Source of the DNA: an uncultured Candidatus Saccharibacteria bacterium
GTDB taxonomy: Bacteria; Patescibacteriota; Minisyncoccia; Minisyncoccales; Staskawiczbacteraceae
DNA length: 30,368 nt
Reading direction: 5' to 3'
Assembly: GCA_964555955.1 (NCBI GenBank)
Contig: CAZKUM010000002.1
Span: forward strand, 1-30,368
In this document: positions 1 through 8,786 of the stretch, one piece after another
How positions within the stretch are numbered: the stretch's first letter is position 1
Layout: each line of letters starts with the position of its first letter
Position numbers and translations under genes: made by a program
The notes under the pieces: generated by a model
Told to the model about the DNA's origin: nothing
Seen by the model: only the letters and a program-made list of their open reading frames with translations
Database searches by the model: none

Positions 1-2
1 CA

Positions 3-248
3 TATTTATTATTTAAAATAAATTTAAAAAAAATTAATTATATCTTTAAAAAATTAATTATATTGGGCTTAATTTTAATTCCTATACTAAGCTTAATAAT
101 ATCTTTTATATTTATACCATCTTTTACTTATCCATCTGAATCTGGGAAAGAAACGATAAATTTATTTAATCATGTAAATGATCAACTTTTAATTTTAGCA
201 AGTAATGAATCTGCCACTTATGCTCTGTATTCTTATGGAGCAATATAT
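3..248 (+). other. Very AT-rich open frame encoding a membrane-protein-like fragment, in frame with gyrB but not GyrB-like
   Basis: The frame is open from nt 3 ([39 protein letters not shown]...). It has a hydrophobic helix, no GyrB ATPase motifs, and is much more AT-rich than the DNA that follows. Confidence 0.45.
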
Positions 249-1343
249 AATAATATTTATACTCCAGAGGGCGGAACTCATATTTCAGGATTTCGCACAG
301 CTTTAACAAGATGCTTAAACGATTATGCAAGGCGTGAAGGATTTTTAAAAGAAAAAGACGAAAACTTTACAGGAGACGATGTGAGAGAAGGCTTAACCGC
401 TGTGGTTTCTGTAAAAATAAGAACTCCGCAATTTGAAGGACAAACAAAAGCAAAATTAGGAAATCCAGAAGCCAAAAACGCTGTGGAAATGGCTTTGTCA
501 GAAGGCTTGTCAGATTATTTAGAAAGATTTCCTCAAGATGCTAAGGCCATTATTGAAAATTGTCTTTTGGCAACAAAAGCAAGGTTAGCCGCTAAAGCTG
601 CCAGGCAAACAGTTTTAAGAAAGGGAATTTTAGAGGGATTGGCATTGCCAGGAAAGCTGGCCGATTGTTTGTCAAAAAAACCAGAAGAATCAGAGTTATA
701 TATAGTTGAAGGAGAATCTGCCGGAGGCTCGGCAAAACAAGCCAGAGATAGGGGATTTCAGGCGATTTTGCCTCTGCGAGGAAAAATTTTAAACGTTGAA
801 AGAGCCAGGGTTGATAAAATGCTGGCGTCAAAAGAAATTAAATCTTTGATTATTGCTTTGGGAACTGCTGTGGCAGAAGATTTTGACATAGAAAAATTAA
901 GATACCACAGAATAGTTATAATGACCGATGCTGATGTTGACGGAGCGCATATAAGAACTTTGCTTTTAACTCTTTTTTACAGATATTTTAAGCCTATAAT
1001 GGAGGCAGGCTATATTTATATTGCTCAACCTCCTCTTTATAAAATTCAAACTGGAAAACGCATAGAGTATGCTTATACAGAAGAACAAAAAGACAAAATT
1101 GTAAAAGAAATAGGAAAGGCAACTGGCGTATCTTTGCAAAGGTATAAGGGTTTGGGAGAAATGAACTCTGAACAGCTTTGGGAAACAACAATGAACCCTG
1201 AAAACAGATTATTATTACAGGTTACAGTTGAAAACGGCCACGAAGCAGATAAAACTTTAGATATGTTAATGGGCGAAGAAGTCGGTCCAAGAAAGAAATT
1301 TATTCAAACGCACGCAAAAACAGTAAAGAATTTAGATATTTAA
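249..1343 (+). CDS. gyrB: DNA gyrase subunit B, C-terminal ~364 aa only (transducer, TOPRIM, C-terminal domain); N-terminal ATPase domain absent from the window
   Basis: Motifs [72 protein letters not shown] and RKKFI. Short form without the long enteric insertion. Confidence 0.93.
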   Translation, partial: NNIYTPEGGTHISGFRTALTRCLNDYARREGFLKEKDENFTGDDVREGLTAVVSVKIRTPQFEGQTKAKLGNPEAKNAVEMALSEGLSDYLERFPQDAKAIIENCLLATKARLAAKAARQTVLRKGILEGLALPGKLADCLSKKPEESELYIVEGESAGGSAKQARDRGFQAILPLRGKILNVERARVDKMLASKEIKSLIIALGTAVAEDFDIEKLRYHRIVIMTDADVDGAHIRTLLLTLFYRYFKPIMEAGYIYIAQPPLYKIQTGKRIEYAYTEEQKDKIVKEIGKATGVSLQRYKGLGEMNSEQLWETTMNPENRLLLQVTVENGHEADKTLDMLMGEEVGPRKKFIQTHAKTVKNLDI

Positions 1344-1347
1344 TTAT

Positions 1348-1602
1348 ATGTTTGATCAATTAAAAAAAATTGCAGAGTTAAAAAAGCTTCAAGATAATTT
1401 TAAAAAAGAAAAAACAACAATTGAAAAAAGGGGAACAGCAGTTACAATGAACGGAAATTTTGAGGTTGAAGATATAAAATTGAATTCAGAATTAAGCATA
1501 GAAGAACAGCAACAAATTTTGAAAGAATGTTTAAACGAGGCAAGAGAGGATATTCAAAAAAGAATGGCAAAAAATTTAATGAATTCAGGATTTAGTTTTT
1601 GA
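1348..1602 (+). CDS. YbaB/EbfC-family nucleoid-associated protein
   Basis: 84 aa with the pattern MFDQLKK..KKLQ...V.VTMNG..EVEDIKLN...LKECLNEA, typical of the family in size and layout. Confidence 0.75.
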   Translation: MFDQLKKIAELKKLQDNFKKEKTTIEKRGTAVTMNGNFEVEDIKLNSELSIEEQQQILKECLNEAREDIQKRMAKNLMNSGFSF

Positions 1603-1634
1603 AAGAATAGTTTTTGTATCTAGCACATTGAGAC

Positions 1635-1663
1635 TTGACTTATTGTTATGGTTCAGCTACTAT
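1635..1663 (+). promoter_or_regulatory. Sigma70-type promoter for secE-nusG-rplK
   Basis: TTGACT (1635-1640), 17 bp spacer, TACTAT (1658-1663). A leader hairpin ATGGCC-TCCG-GGCCAT follows at 1672-1687. Confidence 0.7.
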
Positions 1664-1712
1664 ATAAGTAGATGGCCTCCGGGCCATTTTAAAAACCGTG
1701 AAAAATTAAAAT

Positions 1713-1907
1713 ATGACAATAACACAAAAAATAAGCGTATTTTTTAAAGAAGTTTATTTCGAACTAAAAAGAGTAAATTGGCTGTCGCGCAGAGATGTTT
1801 TAAGGTACACATTAATTGTTTTAGCAGTTACCCTTATAGTATCCTTCTTTTTAGGAGGCTTGGATTTTATATTTACAGAAATAATCAAGAAATTTGTTTT
1901 TAAATAA
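1713..1907 (+). CDS. secE: Preprotein translocase subunit SecE
   Basis: FFKEVYFELKRVNWLSR followed by a single TM helix and GGLD; lies directly upstream of nusG. Confidence 0.95.
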   Translation: MTITQKISVFFKEVYFELKRVNWLSRRDVLRYTLIVLAVTLIVSFFLGGLDFIFTEIIKKFVFK

Positions 1908-1913
1908 AAAACT

Positions 1914-2462
1914 ATGCCAAAGCAAGTAATAGAACAAGAAAGAGGGTGGTACGTGATTCATACTTATTCTGGTTATGAAGATGCGGTTGCAAAAAACCTT
2001 AAACAAAGGATAGAGAGTTTAGGTATGGAAGATAAAATTTTTAATGTTATTGTTCCAAAAGAAAAGAAAATAAAAATTAAAAACGGAAAAAGAAAAACAA
2101 TAGAAGAAAAGATTTATCCAGGTTACGTGCTGGTAGAAATGATAATTACCGATGCTTCGTGGTATGTGGTTAGAAATACTCCACGGGTAACAGGGTTTTT
2201 GGGAGCGGGAACCACGCCAATTCCGGTTTCAAAAAAAGATATTGACGACTTAATGAAAAGAATGGAAGTAGGGGAGCCAGAATTTACAATTGATTTTGAA
2301 ATTGGAGCTTCGGTTAAAATTACAGACGGCCCGTTTAAAGGCTTTGAAGGAAAAGTTTCTGAAATTGATCAAGCACGAGGAAAAATTAAAGTGCTGGTTA
2401 ATATGTTTGGAAGAGATACTCCGGTAGAATTAGATTCTTTGCAAATTAAAAAAGTTCAATAA
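1914..2462 (+). CDS. nusG: Transcription termination/antitermination factor NusG
   Basis: WYVIHTYSGYE, YPGYVLVEM, VRNTPRVTGF, KOW motif VKITDGPFKGFEG, and FGRDTPVEL. Confidence 0.98.
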   Translation: MPKQVIEQERGWYVIHTYSGYEDAVAKNLKQRIESLGMEDKIFNVIVPKEKKIKIKNGKRKTIEEKIYPGYVLVEMIITDASWYVVRNTPRVTGFLGAGTTPIPVSKKDIDDLMKRMEVGEPEFTIDFEIGASVKITDGPFKGFEGKVSEIDQARGKIKVLVNMFGRDTPVELDSLQIKKVQ

Positions 2463-2534
2463 AAAATTAAATATTGCTTATAGCTTTTGAACAATTGTAA
2501 AAAAGCATAACATAGTATTTAGTTAATAAAAAAA

Positions 2535-2960
2535 ATGGCGAAACAAATTAAGGCAGTAGTAAAAATACAAATACCAGCTGGCAAGGCAACGCCAGCGCCT
2601 CCAATTGGGCCTGCATTAGCCCAGCACGGGTTAAATATTGCTGAATTCTGTCAAAAGTTTAATGCGGCAACACAGGCAATGGCAGGATATACTATTCCAG
2701 CAGAGGTTACAATTTACGTTGACAGGTCTTATGTTTTTAAACTAAAAACCCCGTTGGCTTCAGAATTATTAAAAAAAGCTGCTGGCGTTGAAAAAGGATC
2801 TGGCACGCCAAATAAAACAAAAGTTGGCAAAGTCACAAAAGCCCAGTTAAAAGAAATTGCAGAAAAGAAAATGCCAGACCTAAACACAACAGATATAAAC
2901 CAGGCAATGAAAATAATTGCAGGAACAGCCAAAAATATGGGAATTGAGGTAAAAGATTAA
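2535..2960 (+). CDS. rplK: 50S ribosomal protein L11
   Basis: [38 protein letters not shown] and [12 protein letters not shown]. Confidence 0.98.
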   Translation: MAKQIKAVVKIQIPAGKATPAPPIGPALAQHGLNIAEFCQKFNAATQAMAGYTIPAEVTIYVDRSYVFKLKTPLASELLKKAAGVEKGSGTPNKTKVGKVTKAQLKEIAEKKMPDLNTTDINQAMKIIAGTAKNMGIEVKD

Positions 2961-2969
2961 ACAACATAT

Positions 2970-3011
2970 AAAACGAAAAGCAAGGGTTAAAAAGCTCTTG
3001 CTTTTTGTTTT
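2970..3011. terminator. Intrinsic terminator after rplK
   Basis: AAAACGAAAAGCAAGGG ... CTCTTGCTTTTTGTTTT inverted repeat with a T-tract. Confidence 0.8.
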
Positions 3012-3027
3012 AGCAAAGTGGTAGAAT
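2998..3027 (+). promoter_or_regulatory. Putative promoter of the thymidylate cluster, overlapping the rplK terminator
   Basis: TTGCTT (2998-3003), 18 bp spacer, extended -10 TG-G-TAGAAT (3019-3027). Confidence 0.5.
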
Positions 3028-3057
3028 AATAAAACATTAAAATTAAAAGTAAAAACT

Positions 3058-3576
3058 ATGGAAGAAATGAAACCTGCCAGCGCAGGCGAGGAAAAATATG
3101 TTAGGCCAACATGGGATGAATATTTTTTAAATTTGATAGAACCAATTGGTAGAAGAGCAACTTGCGACCGCGGAAGAAGCGGCTCTATAATTGTCAGTCC
3201 CGGGCATACAATTATAGCCACGGGGTACGTAGGATCTCCTCCTGGCCAACCGCATTGTGATGAAGTCGGGCACATGATGAAAACTATAATACATGAAGAT
3301 GGAACTCAAACTCAGCATTGTGTAAGGACATTGCATGCGGAAGAAAACGCAATTTTACAATGCGCAAAAGATGGCATAAGGCTTGATGGGGCTACAATCT
3401 ATTCAAAAATGGTTCCGTGTTATAATTGCGCAATGAGAATTATAAGAGTTGGAATTAAAAGGGTTGTTTCAACAAAAAGATATCATGCAGATGGAATGTC
3501 TAGGAAATTATTTAAAGATGCCGGAGTAGAATTAGTTGTGATTGATGACTCTGTGCAGGAATATAAAAATCAATAA
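3058..3576 (+). CDS. dCMP deaminase (ComEB-like)
   Basis: RPTWDEYF, RRATCDRG, ATGYVGSP, zinc motifs LHAEENAI and PCYNC. Confidence 0.92.
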   Translation: MEEMKPASAGEEKYVRPTWDEYFLNLIEPIGRRATCDRGRSGSIIVSPGHTIIATGYVGSPPGQPHCDEVGHMMKTIIHEDGTQTQHCVRTLHAEENAILQCAKDGIRLDGATIYSKMVPCYNCAMRIIRVGIKRVVSTKRYHADGMSRKLFKDAGVELVVIDDSVQEYKNQ

Positions 3577-3581
3577 ACAAA

Positions 3582-4190
3582 ATGGACAAAAATGACGAGC
3601 AAATTTTAGTTGTGAAAGCAAGCATAATTTTTGAGAAGGGTGTTTGGCAAGGGTTAAAAACTGATAATTTAGATTATTATGTTGATTTAATTAAAAATAA
3701 TTGTGAATTTAAAAGGAGGGGAGATGTTGAAGAAGATGATTCTTTCCAGCAGATAATTCCATATATTGTTTTTAATTTTAAAGATCAATATTTTATTTAT
3801 AAATATTTGCCAAAAGCAGGCGAGCAAAGATTAGTTGACACATATCAACTTGGAGTTGGCGGGCATATAAACAAGGAAGACATTAAAGAGGGTAAAGATA
3901 TTTTAGAAGAGGGAATGATGAGAGAGTGGAATGAGGAAGTAAATTTTAATGGCAATATTTTAGAAAAAAAATTAGTTGGATTATTAAATGATAGCTCACA
4001 GCCCGTAGAAAAAGTTCATTTAGGATTAGTTTATAATTTTGTTGGTGACAGCCCGGAAATTTCAATAAAAGAAACAGATAAAATGAAAGGAAAAATGGTT
4101 AATTTAAAAGATATTGGGAAATATGTTGCTGGCAACCCTGGCGTTTGGGTGCAATTAATTTATAGAGATTATTTAAAAAATAAAATATGA
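3582..4190 (+). CDS. Nudix-family phosphoesterase (YmaB/COG4112-like)
   Basis: EEDDSFQQIIPY, GEQRL, GVGGHIN, Nudix-box-like GMMREWNEEV, and VHLGLVY. Confidence 0.85.
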   Translation: MDKNDEQILVVKASIIFEKGVWQGLKTDNLDYYVDLIKNNCEFKRRGDVEEDDSFQQIIPYIVFNFKDQYFIYKYLPKAGEQRLVDTYQLGVGGHINKEDIKEGKDILEEGMMREWNEEVNFNGNILEKKLVGLLNDSSQPVEKVHLGLVYNFVGDSPEISIKETDKMKGKMVNLKDIGKYVAGNPGVWVQLIYRDYLKNKI

Positions 4191-4729
4191 AAAAAATAAT
4201 AGGCATAGTCGGAGAAATTGGTTCTGGAAAAGACACGTTTTGCAATTTCGTAAAAGATAACTATAAAAATGTTTATTTTTTAAGATTCTCAGACGGCTTA
4301 ACGGAAGCCCTAAAAGTTTTTTTTGACGAAATAAAAAGAGACGATCAGCAATGGCTCAGCACCCAGCTCAGAGAAAGATTCGGCCAAGATATTTTAGTGA
4401 AAGCTCTGATTAAAAAAGTAAATAGCTTAAATGATGGGATAATTATCTTAAACGGAGTGCGCAGACCGGGAGACTTTGAGGCGCTAAAGCAAATTGGCGG
4501 AAAATTAATATATATAACAGCAGAGCCAAAAATTAGGTGGGAAAGAGTAATTATAAGAAAAGAAAAAGCCGATGATGATGTTCCGTTTGAAAAATTTTTA
4601 GAAATGGGTAAAGCTGAAGCCGAGCAGCAAATTTCAATTATTGCAGCCGAAGCCGATTTTAAAATAGAAAACAATGGGTCAAAAGAACTATTTTTCGAAG
4701 AAATAAAAAAAATAATGGAATTAAGTTAA
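4187..4729 (+). CDS. P-loop nucleotide kinase (dephospho-CoA kinase/NMP-kinase-like fold)
   Basis: N-terminal Walker A GIVGEIGSGKDT, GVRRPGD, and ADFKIEN; the start overlaps the Nudix stop. Confidence 0.75.
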   Translation: MKKIIGIVGEIGSGKDTFCNFVKDNYKNVYFLRFSDGLTEALKVFFDEIKRDDQQWLSTQLRERFGQDILVKALIKKVNSLNDGIIILNGVRRPGDFEALKQIGGKLIYITAEPKIRWERVIIRKEKADDDVPFEKFLEMGKAEAEQQISIIAAEADFKIENNGSKELFFEEIKKIMELS

Positions 4730-5439
4730 TGAAAAAAGGCAAATTTTTTGTTTTTGAGGGTATAGATGGATGCGGTAAATCAACGCAAACAAAATTATTG
4801 GCTGATTATTTTATTAAAAAAGGATACAAAGTAGAAAAAATTGATTTTCCCCAACACGGAGAAAAGTCGTCTGGCCCAGTGGATGAATATTTAACCGGAA
4901 AATACGGCGAGGCAAAAGACGTGGGGCCGTATGTAGCTTCAATTTTTTATGCCGTAGACAGGTATGACGCAAGCTTCAAAATAAGAAAATGGATAAATGA
5001 AGGAAAAATTGTTATATCAGACAGATATTTAGTTTCTAATATCGGGCATCAAGGAGGTAAAATTATAAAAAATAAAAAAGAGTGGAAAAAATATATAAAT
5101 TGGCTGTATAATTTAGAATATGGCTTGTTTAAAATTCCAAAGCCAAATTACACGTTTATTTTAAAAACTTCAGCAGAATTTTCTTTAAAATTGGCTCATA
5201 AAATAACGGATAAAAATAAACAGAATAGAAGAAAATCCTATCTTGGAAGCAGTAAAAAGCAAGACATACACGAAAAAGATAGAAATCATTTAGAAAATGC
5301 TTTAAATTCTTATTTATTGGCCGCGAAAGAGTTTCCAAAAGATTTTAAAGTTATAGAGTGTTTAGTTAAGGGCGAATTGTTGTCTCCGGAAGTAATTAAC
5401 CAAAAAATAATCGAAGTTGTTAAAAAATTAAAACAATGA
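4729..5439 (+). CDS. tmk: Thymidylate kinase
   Basis: FEGIDGCGKSTQ, FYAVDRY, ISDRYLVSNIGHQG and PKPNYTFIL. Confidence 0.93.
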   Translation: MKKGKFFVFEGIDGCGKSTQTKLLADYFIKKGYKVEKIDFPQHGEKSSGPVDEYLTGKYGEAKDVGPYVASIFYAVDRYDASFKIRKWINEGKIVISDRYLVSNIGHQGGKIIKNKKEWKKYINWLYNLEYGLFKIPKPNYTFILKTSAEFSLKLAHKITDKNKQNRRKSYLGSSKKQDIHEKDRNHLENALNSYLLAAKEFPKDFKVIECLVKGELLSPEVINQKIIEVVKKLKQ

Positions 5440-6260
5440 AGCAATATTTGGACGTTTTAAAAAAAATAATGGATGAAGGCGTAGACAGGCCAGATAGAAC
5501 AGGAGTTGGCTCGCGCGCTGTTTTTGGCGTGCCAATGAGGTTTAATATGAAAGACGGATTTCCAGCAATGACAACAAAAAAATTGGCCTTCGAAGCTGTA
5601 AAAGCTGAGTTATTATGGTTTTTATCAGGAAGTTCAGACAACAAAGAACTTCAAAAATTAGGTTGCCATATTTGGGATGGAAACGCTGAGGCCGATTATT
5701 GGAAACCAAAAGCAAAATTTGAAGGGGATTTAGGCAGGGTTTACGGAGTTCAATGGAGAAATTGGAAGTCGCCTTATACAGATGTTCCTATTGATCAGAT
5801 AAGCAATGTTATAAATCAGTTAAAGAAAAACCCAGGAGACAGAAGAATGATAGTTTCAGCATGGAATCCTGCAGAGTTGGATATGATGGCTCTTCCGCCA
5901 TGCCATTTGCTTTTTCATTTTTTTTCTGTGCAGGGAAAGTTATCTTTATTAATGTATCAAAGAAGTTGTGATACATTTTTAGGGGTTCCTTTTAATATTG
6001 CTTCTTATTCTTTATTGCTGCATATGGTTTCGCAAGTTGTGGGGTTAGAGCCGCACGAGTTTGTGCATATTTTAGGCGACACCCATATTTATTTAAACCA
6101 TTTTGAACAAGTAAAAGAACAAATGGCCCGCGAGCCTTATTCTTTGCCAAAATTATGGTTAAATCCGGAAGTAAAAAATATTTTTAGTTTTAAAATGGAA
6201 GATATAAAATTAGTTGATTATAAATATCATCCGCCCATTAAAGCTCCAATGGCCGTTTAA
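5436..6260 (+). CDS. thyA: Thymidylate synthase
   Basis: DRTGVG, ELLWF, DLGRVYGVQWR, catalytic LPPCH, YQRSCD, LGVPFNIASY, GDTHIY and IKAPMAV. Confidence 0.98.
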   Translation: MKQYLDVLKKIMDEGVDRPDRTGVGSRAVFGVPMRFNMKDGFPAMTTKKLAFEAVKAELLWFLSGSSDNKELQKLGCHIWDGNAEADYWKPKAKFEGDLGRVYGVQWRNWKSPYTDVPIDQISNVINQLKKNPGDRRMIVSAWNPAELDMMALPPCHLLFHFFSVQGKLSLLMYQRSCDTFLGVPFNIASYSLLLHMVSQVVGLEPHEFVHILGDTHIYLNHFEQVKEQMAREPYSLPKLWLNPEVKNIFSFKMEDIKLVDYKYHPPIKAPMAV

Positions 6261-6266
6261 ATTAGT

Positions 6267-6773
6267 ATGATTTCAATGATATCAGCTGTGGCTGAAAATA
6301 AAGTAATAGGAAATAAAAACGCTTTGCCGTGGCATTTGCCGGCTGATTTCAAATATTTTAAAGAAGCTACATTGGGCAAAACAATTGTAATGGGTTTAAA
6401 TACTTTTAATTCTATTGGGGCAAAACCTTTACCCGAAAGAAAAAATGTAGTTCTAAATAACGATCCAAACTATGCAGCTCCTAACGGATGTTTTGTGGCG
6501 CGCTCAATTGAGGAAGTTTTAGAAATGGCAAACCCTTCGACAAGCTCAGGGCTAGAACCAGAGGTAATGATTTGCGGGGGAGCGTCTGTTTATAAGCAAT
6601 TTTTGCCTTATGCAAAAAAATTATATATAACTGAAGTACATGCCACCCCAGAGGGAGATACTTTTTTTCCGGAAATTAATAAAGAAGAATGGAAAGAAAT
6701 ATGGAGGGAAGATCATAAAGCTGACGACAAAAACGCATTTGATTACTCTTTTGTGGTTTTAGAGAAGATTTAA
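6267..6773 (+). CDS. folA: Dihydrofolate reductase, with a small in-frame palindromic insert
   Basis: VIGNKNALPWHLPADFKYFK, IVMGLNTF, KPLPERKNVV, ICGGASVY and GDTFFP. Confidence 0.96.
   Translation: MISMISAVAENKVIGNKNALPWHLPADFKYFKEATLGKTIVMGLNTFNSIGAKPLPERKNVVLNNDPNYAAPNGCFVARSIEEVLEMANPSTSSGLEPEVMICGGASVYKQFLPYAKKLYITEVHATPEGDTFFPEINKEEWKEIWREDHKADDKNAFDYSFVVLEKI
6533..6551. repeat. Palindromic element within the DHFR gene (encodes PSTSSG)
   Basis: CCCTTCGACAAGCTCAGGG; same family as the element at 9680-9701. Confidence 0.75.
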
Positions 6774-6808
6774 AAATTATAAATTGAAAATTAAAAATTC
6801 GCTAATAT

Positions 6809-8284
6809 ATGGCATATAAACCAACAATTGGGTTAGAAATTCATGCGGAATTAAAAACAAAATCAAAAATGTTTTGTTCCTGCAAAAATGACCCGGATGA
6901 AAAACGGCCAAATTATAATATTTGCCCGGTTTGCACAGCGCAACCCGGAAGTTTGCCAGTGGCAAATGAAGAAGCAATAAAAAAAGTTATTAAAACAGGG
7001 TTGGCTTTAAATTGCAAAATCGCAGAAAAATCAAAATTTGACAGGAAAAATTATTTTTACCCGGATTTGCCAAAAGGATATCAAATTTCGCAGTACGACC
7101 AGCCATTATGTGAAGGCGGATTTTTAGAGATTAAAGATAGAAAAATACGAATAACAAGAATACATTTAGAAGAAGATACGGGAAGTTTAATGCATCCGGA
7201 AAATACGGACTATTCATTGGTTAATTTAAATAGAGCAGGAGTGCCTTTAATGGAGCTTGTCACAGAGCCAGATATTACTTCGGGTAAAGAAGCAAGGGAA
7301 TTTGCAGAAGAGCTTCAAATTATTTTAAAATATTTGGGGGTTTCTGATGCAGATATGGAAAAGGGCCAAATGAGGGTTGAAGTAAATATAAGTATAAGCA
7401 AGGGGAAAACACTGGGTACAAAAGTTGAAATTAAAAATTTGAACTCATTTAAAGTTGTTGAAAAAGCAGTTGATTTTGAAATAAAAAGACAAGAAGAAGT
7501 TTTGGAGTCTGGAGAAAAAATTGTTCAGGAAACAAGGGGCTGGCATGACAAAAAAGAAATAACATTTTCGCAGAGAGAAAAAGAAGAAGCGCACGATTAT
7601 AGATATTTTCCAGAGCCTGATTTACCTCTAATGAATTTTGAGAAAGATTATATAGAAAAAATAAAAGCAGAAATACCCGAATTGCCGGCAGGCAAAAGAA
7701 AAAGATTTGCTAAAGAATATGGCTTGGATACAGGATTAATTGAGATTTTTGTCAGTAATAAAGATTTAAGCGAATATTATGAAAAAGTTGTTTCTGAATT
7801 TGAGGAGTGGTTGAAAGACGAAGGGGAAAAGCCCCACGAAAAATTATATAAGTTAGTTGCTAATTATTTAATATCTGATGTACAGGGTTTATTGCAAGGC
7901 AAAGAGTTTAAGGAATTCTCCGCCCAAGGCGGACCAGCCTCGGGCTGGAAAATTACTCCAGAAAATTTTGCAGAATTTATTAAAATGATTTATAAAAATG
8001 AAATTTCAAGCAAAGTGGCTAAAATGGTTTTAGCTGATATGTTTAATACGGGGTCAGACCCATCAACTATTGTAGATGAAAATAATTTAAGGCAGATGTC
8101 AGACGATTCTGAACTTGAAAATATTATAAAAGAAATTATTTTAAAAAATCCAAAAGCAGTTGAAGATTATAAAAAGGGCAAACAAAATTCTCTGCAATTT
8201 TTAGCAGGGCAGGTGATGGCAGTTACAAGAGGCACTGCTAATCCCGGGAAAGTCCGCGAACTTTTGAGTAAATTATTGAAATAA
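6809..8284 (+). CDS. gatB: Asp/Glu-tRNA amidotransferase subunit B
   Basis: IGLEIHAEL, FDRKNYFYPDLPKGYQISQ, RIHLEED, NRAGVPLMELVTEP, EIKNLNSF and YRYFPEPDL. Confidence 0.98.
   Translation: MAYKPTIGLEIHAELKTKSKMFCSCKNDPDEKRPNYNICPVCTAQPGSLPVANEEAIKKVIKTGLALNCKIAEKSKFDRKNYFYPDLPKGYQISQYDQPLCEGGFLEIKDRKIRITRIHLEEDTGSLMHPENTDYSLVNLNRAGVPLMELVTEPDITSGKEAREFAEELQIILKYLGVSDADMEKGQMRVEVNISISKGKTLGTKVEIKNLNSFKVVEKAVDFEIKRQEEVLESGEKIVQETRGWHDKKEITFSQREKEEAHDYRYFPEPDLPLMNFEKDYIEKIKAEIPELPAGKRKRFAKEYGLDTGLIEIFVSNKDLSEYYEKVVSEFEEWLKDEGEKPHEKLYKLVANYLISDVQGLLQGKEFKEFSAQGGPASGWKITPENFAEFIKMIYKNEISSKVAKMVLADMFNTGSDPSTIVDENNLRQMSDDSELENIIKEIILKNPKAVEDYKKGKQNSLQFLAGQVMAVTRGTANPGKVRELLSKLLK
7919..7948. repeat. 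Tandem double-hairpin element within gatB (encodes SAQGGPASGW)
   Basis: TCCGCC-CAA-GGCGGA followed directly by CCAGCC-TCG-GGCTGG. Confidence 0.85.
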
Positions 8285-8291
8285 TTAAATC

Positions 8292-8334
8292 AAAAAAACA
8301 GCCCCAACTCGCGTAAAGCAAGCTGGGGCTTTTG
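8292..8334. terminator. Bidirectional terminator between gatB and the convergent orphan gene
   Basis: A-tract, AGCCCCA...TGGGGCT stem, T-tract. Confidence 0.75.
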
Positions 8335-8349
8335 GTTTGGCGGAGGGCC

Positions 8350-8727
8350 CTAGTATTGGGGTTTTGGCGTTGGGTCGGCGGCTCCGCCGAAATTTTCGAA
8401 TGGATTCGCGTGGCGCCCAAGCCCGTAGGAAAAGCAAGGAAGAATTCTTGGAGGAGTTGCTCTGTTTCCTAGCGGGCAAACCCTACGAAGAATTTTCAAC
8501 ATTTCTTTGTCTGGCATTCCTCCATAAATCCAGACTTCTCCGTTTTCAAGAATCGCAACTGTACAGCCGTCATCACAGCCCCAATGGCCGAGATGAAACT
8601 GAGGCGCTTGTATGGGCTCCTCTTCGTCCGATGTAGCATCGTAAACTGGCAAGCCGGTCACGTGAATGAACTTTTCCCTTACAAGCTCGTTCCTTTGGTC
8701 CACTAGTGGCAGTGTCGTCGTAGCCAT
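8350..8727 (-). CDS. Hypothetical protein, 125 aa (likely start ATG 8727)
   Basis: GGAGG SD 7 nt upstream, its own promoter and a terminator. GC-richer than its neighbours. Confidence 0.65.
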   Translation of the reverse strand: MATTTLPLVDQRNELVREKFIHVTGLPVYDATSDEEEPIQAPQFHLGHWGCDDGCTVAILENGEVWIYGGMPDKEMLKILRRVCPLGNRATPPRILPCFSYGLGRHANPFENFGGAADPTPKPQY

Positions 8728-8786
8728 AAATAGGCCTCCCTTATGCAAAAGTGAAAGAACAAGTATTGGTTAAAATCCAATAATTA

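Noticed and set aside
1-260. Reverse-strand reading with reassigned stop codons
   Set aside because: It needs both TAA and TGA reassigned, while the rest of the window uses both as stops, and the plus frame is open without recoding.
1603-1712. tRNA-Trp expected upstream of secE
   Set aside because: No cloverleaf and no T-loop GTTCRA consensus in a tRNA context; only a promoter and a 6-bp hairpin are present.
6781-6801. AAATTGAAAATTAAAAATTCG before gatB, resembling AAAATTAGAAATTAAAAATTTCG before rpmF (about 29553-29574)
   Set aside because: Low-complexity A/T sequence; two loose copies cannot be distinguished from chance in this composition.
8337-8636. Plus-strand 99-aa ORF, and minus-strand ORFs 8238-8420 and 8285-8479
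   Set aside because: They overlap the minus-strand 125-aa ORF, which has a promoter, SD and terminator. The 99-aa ORF starts right after a terminator with no SD.
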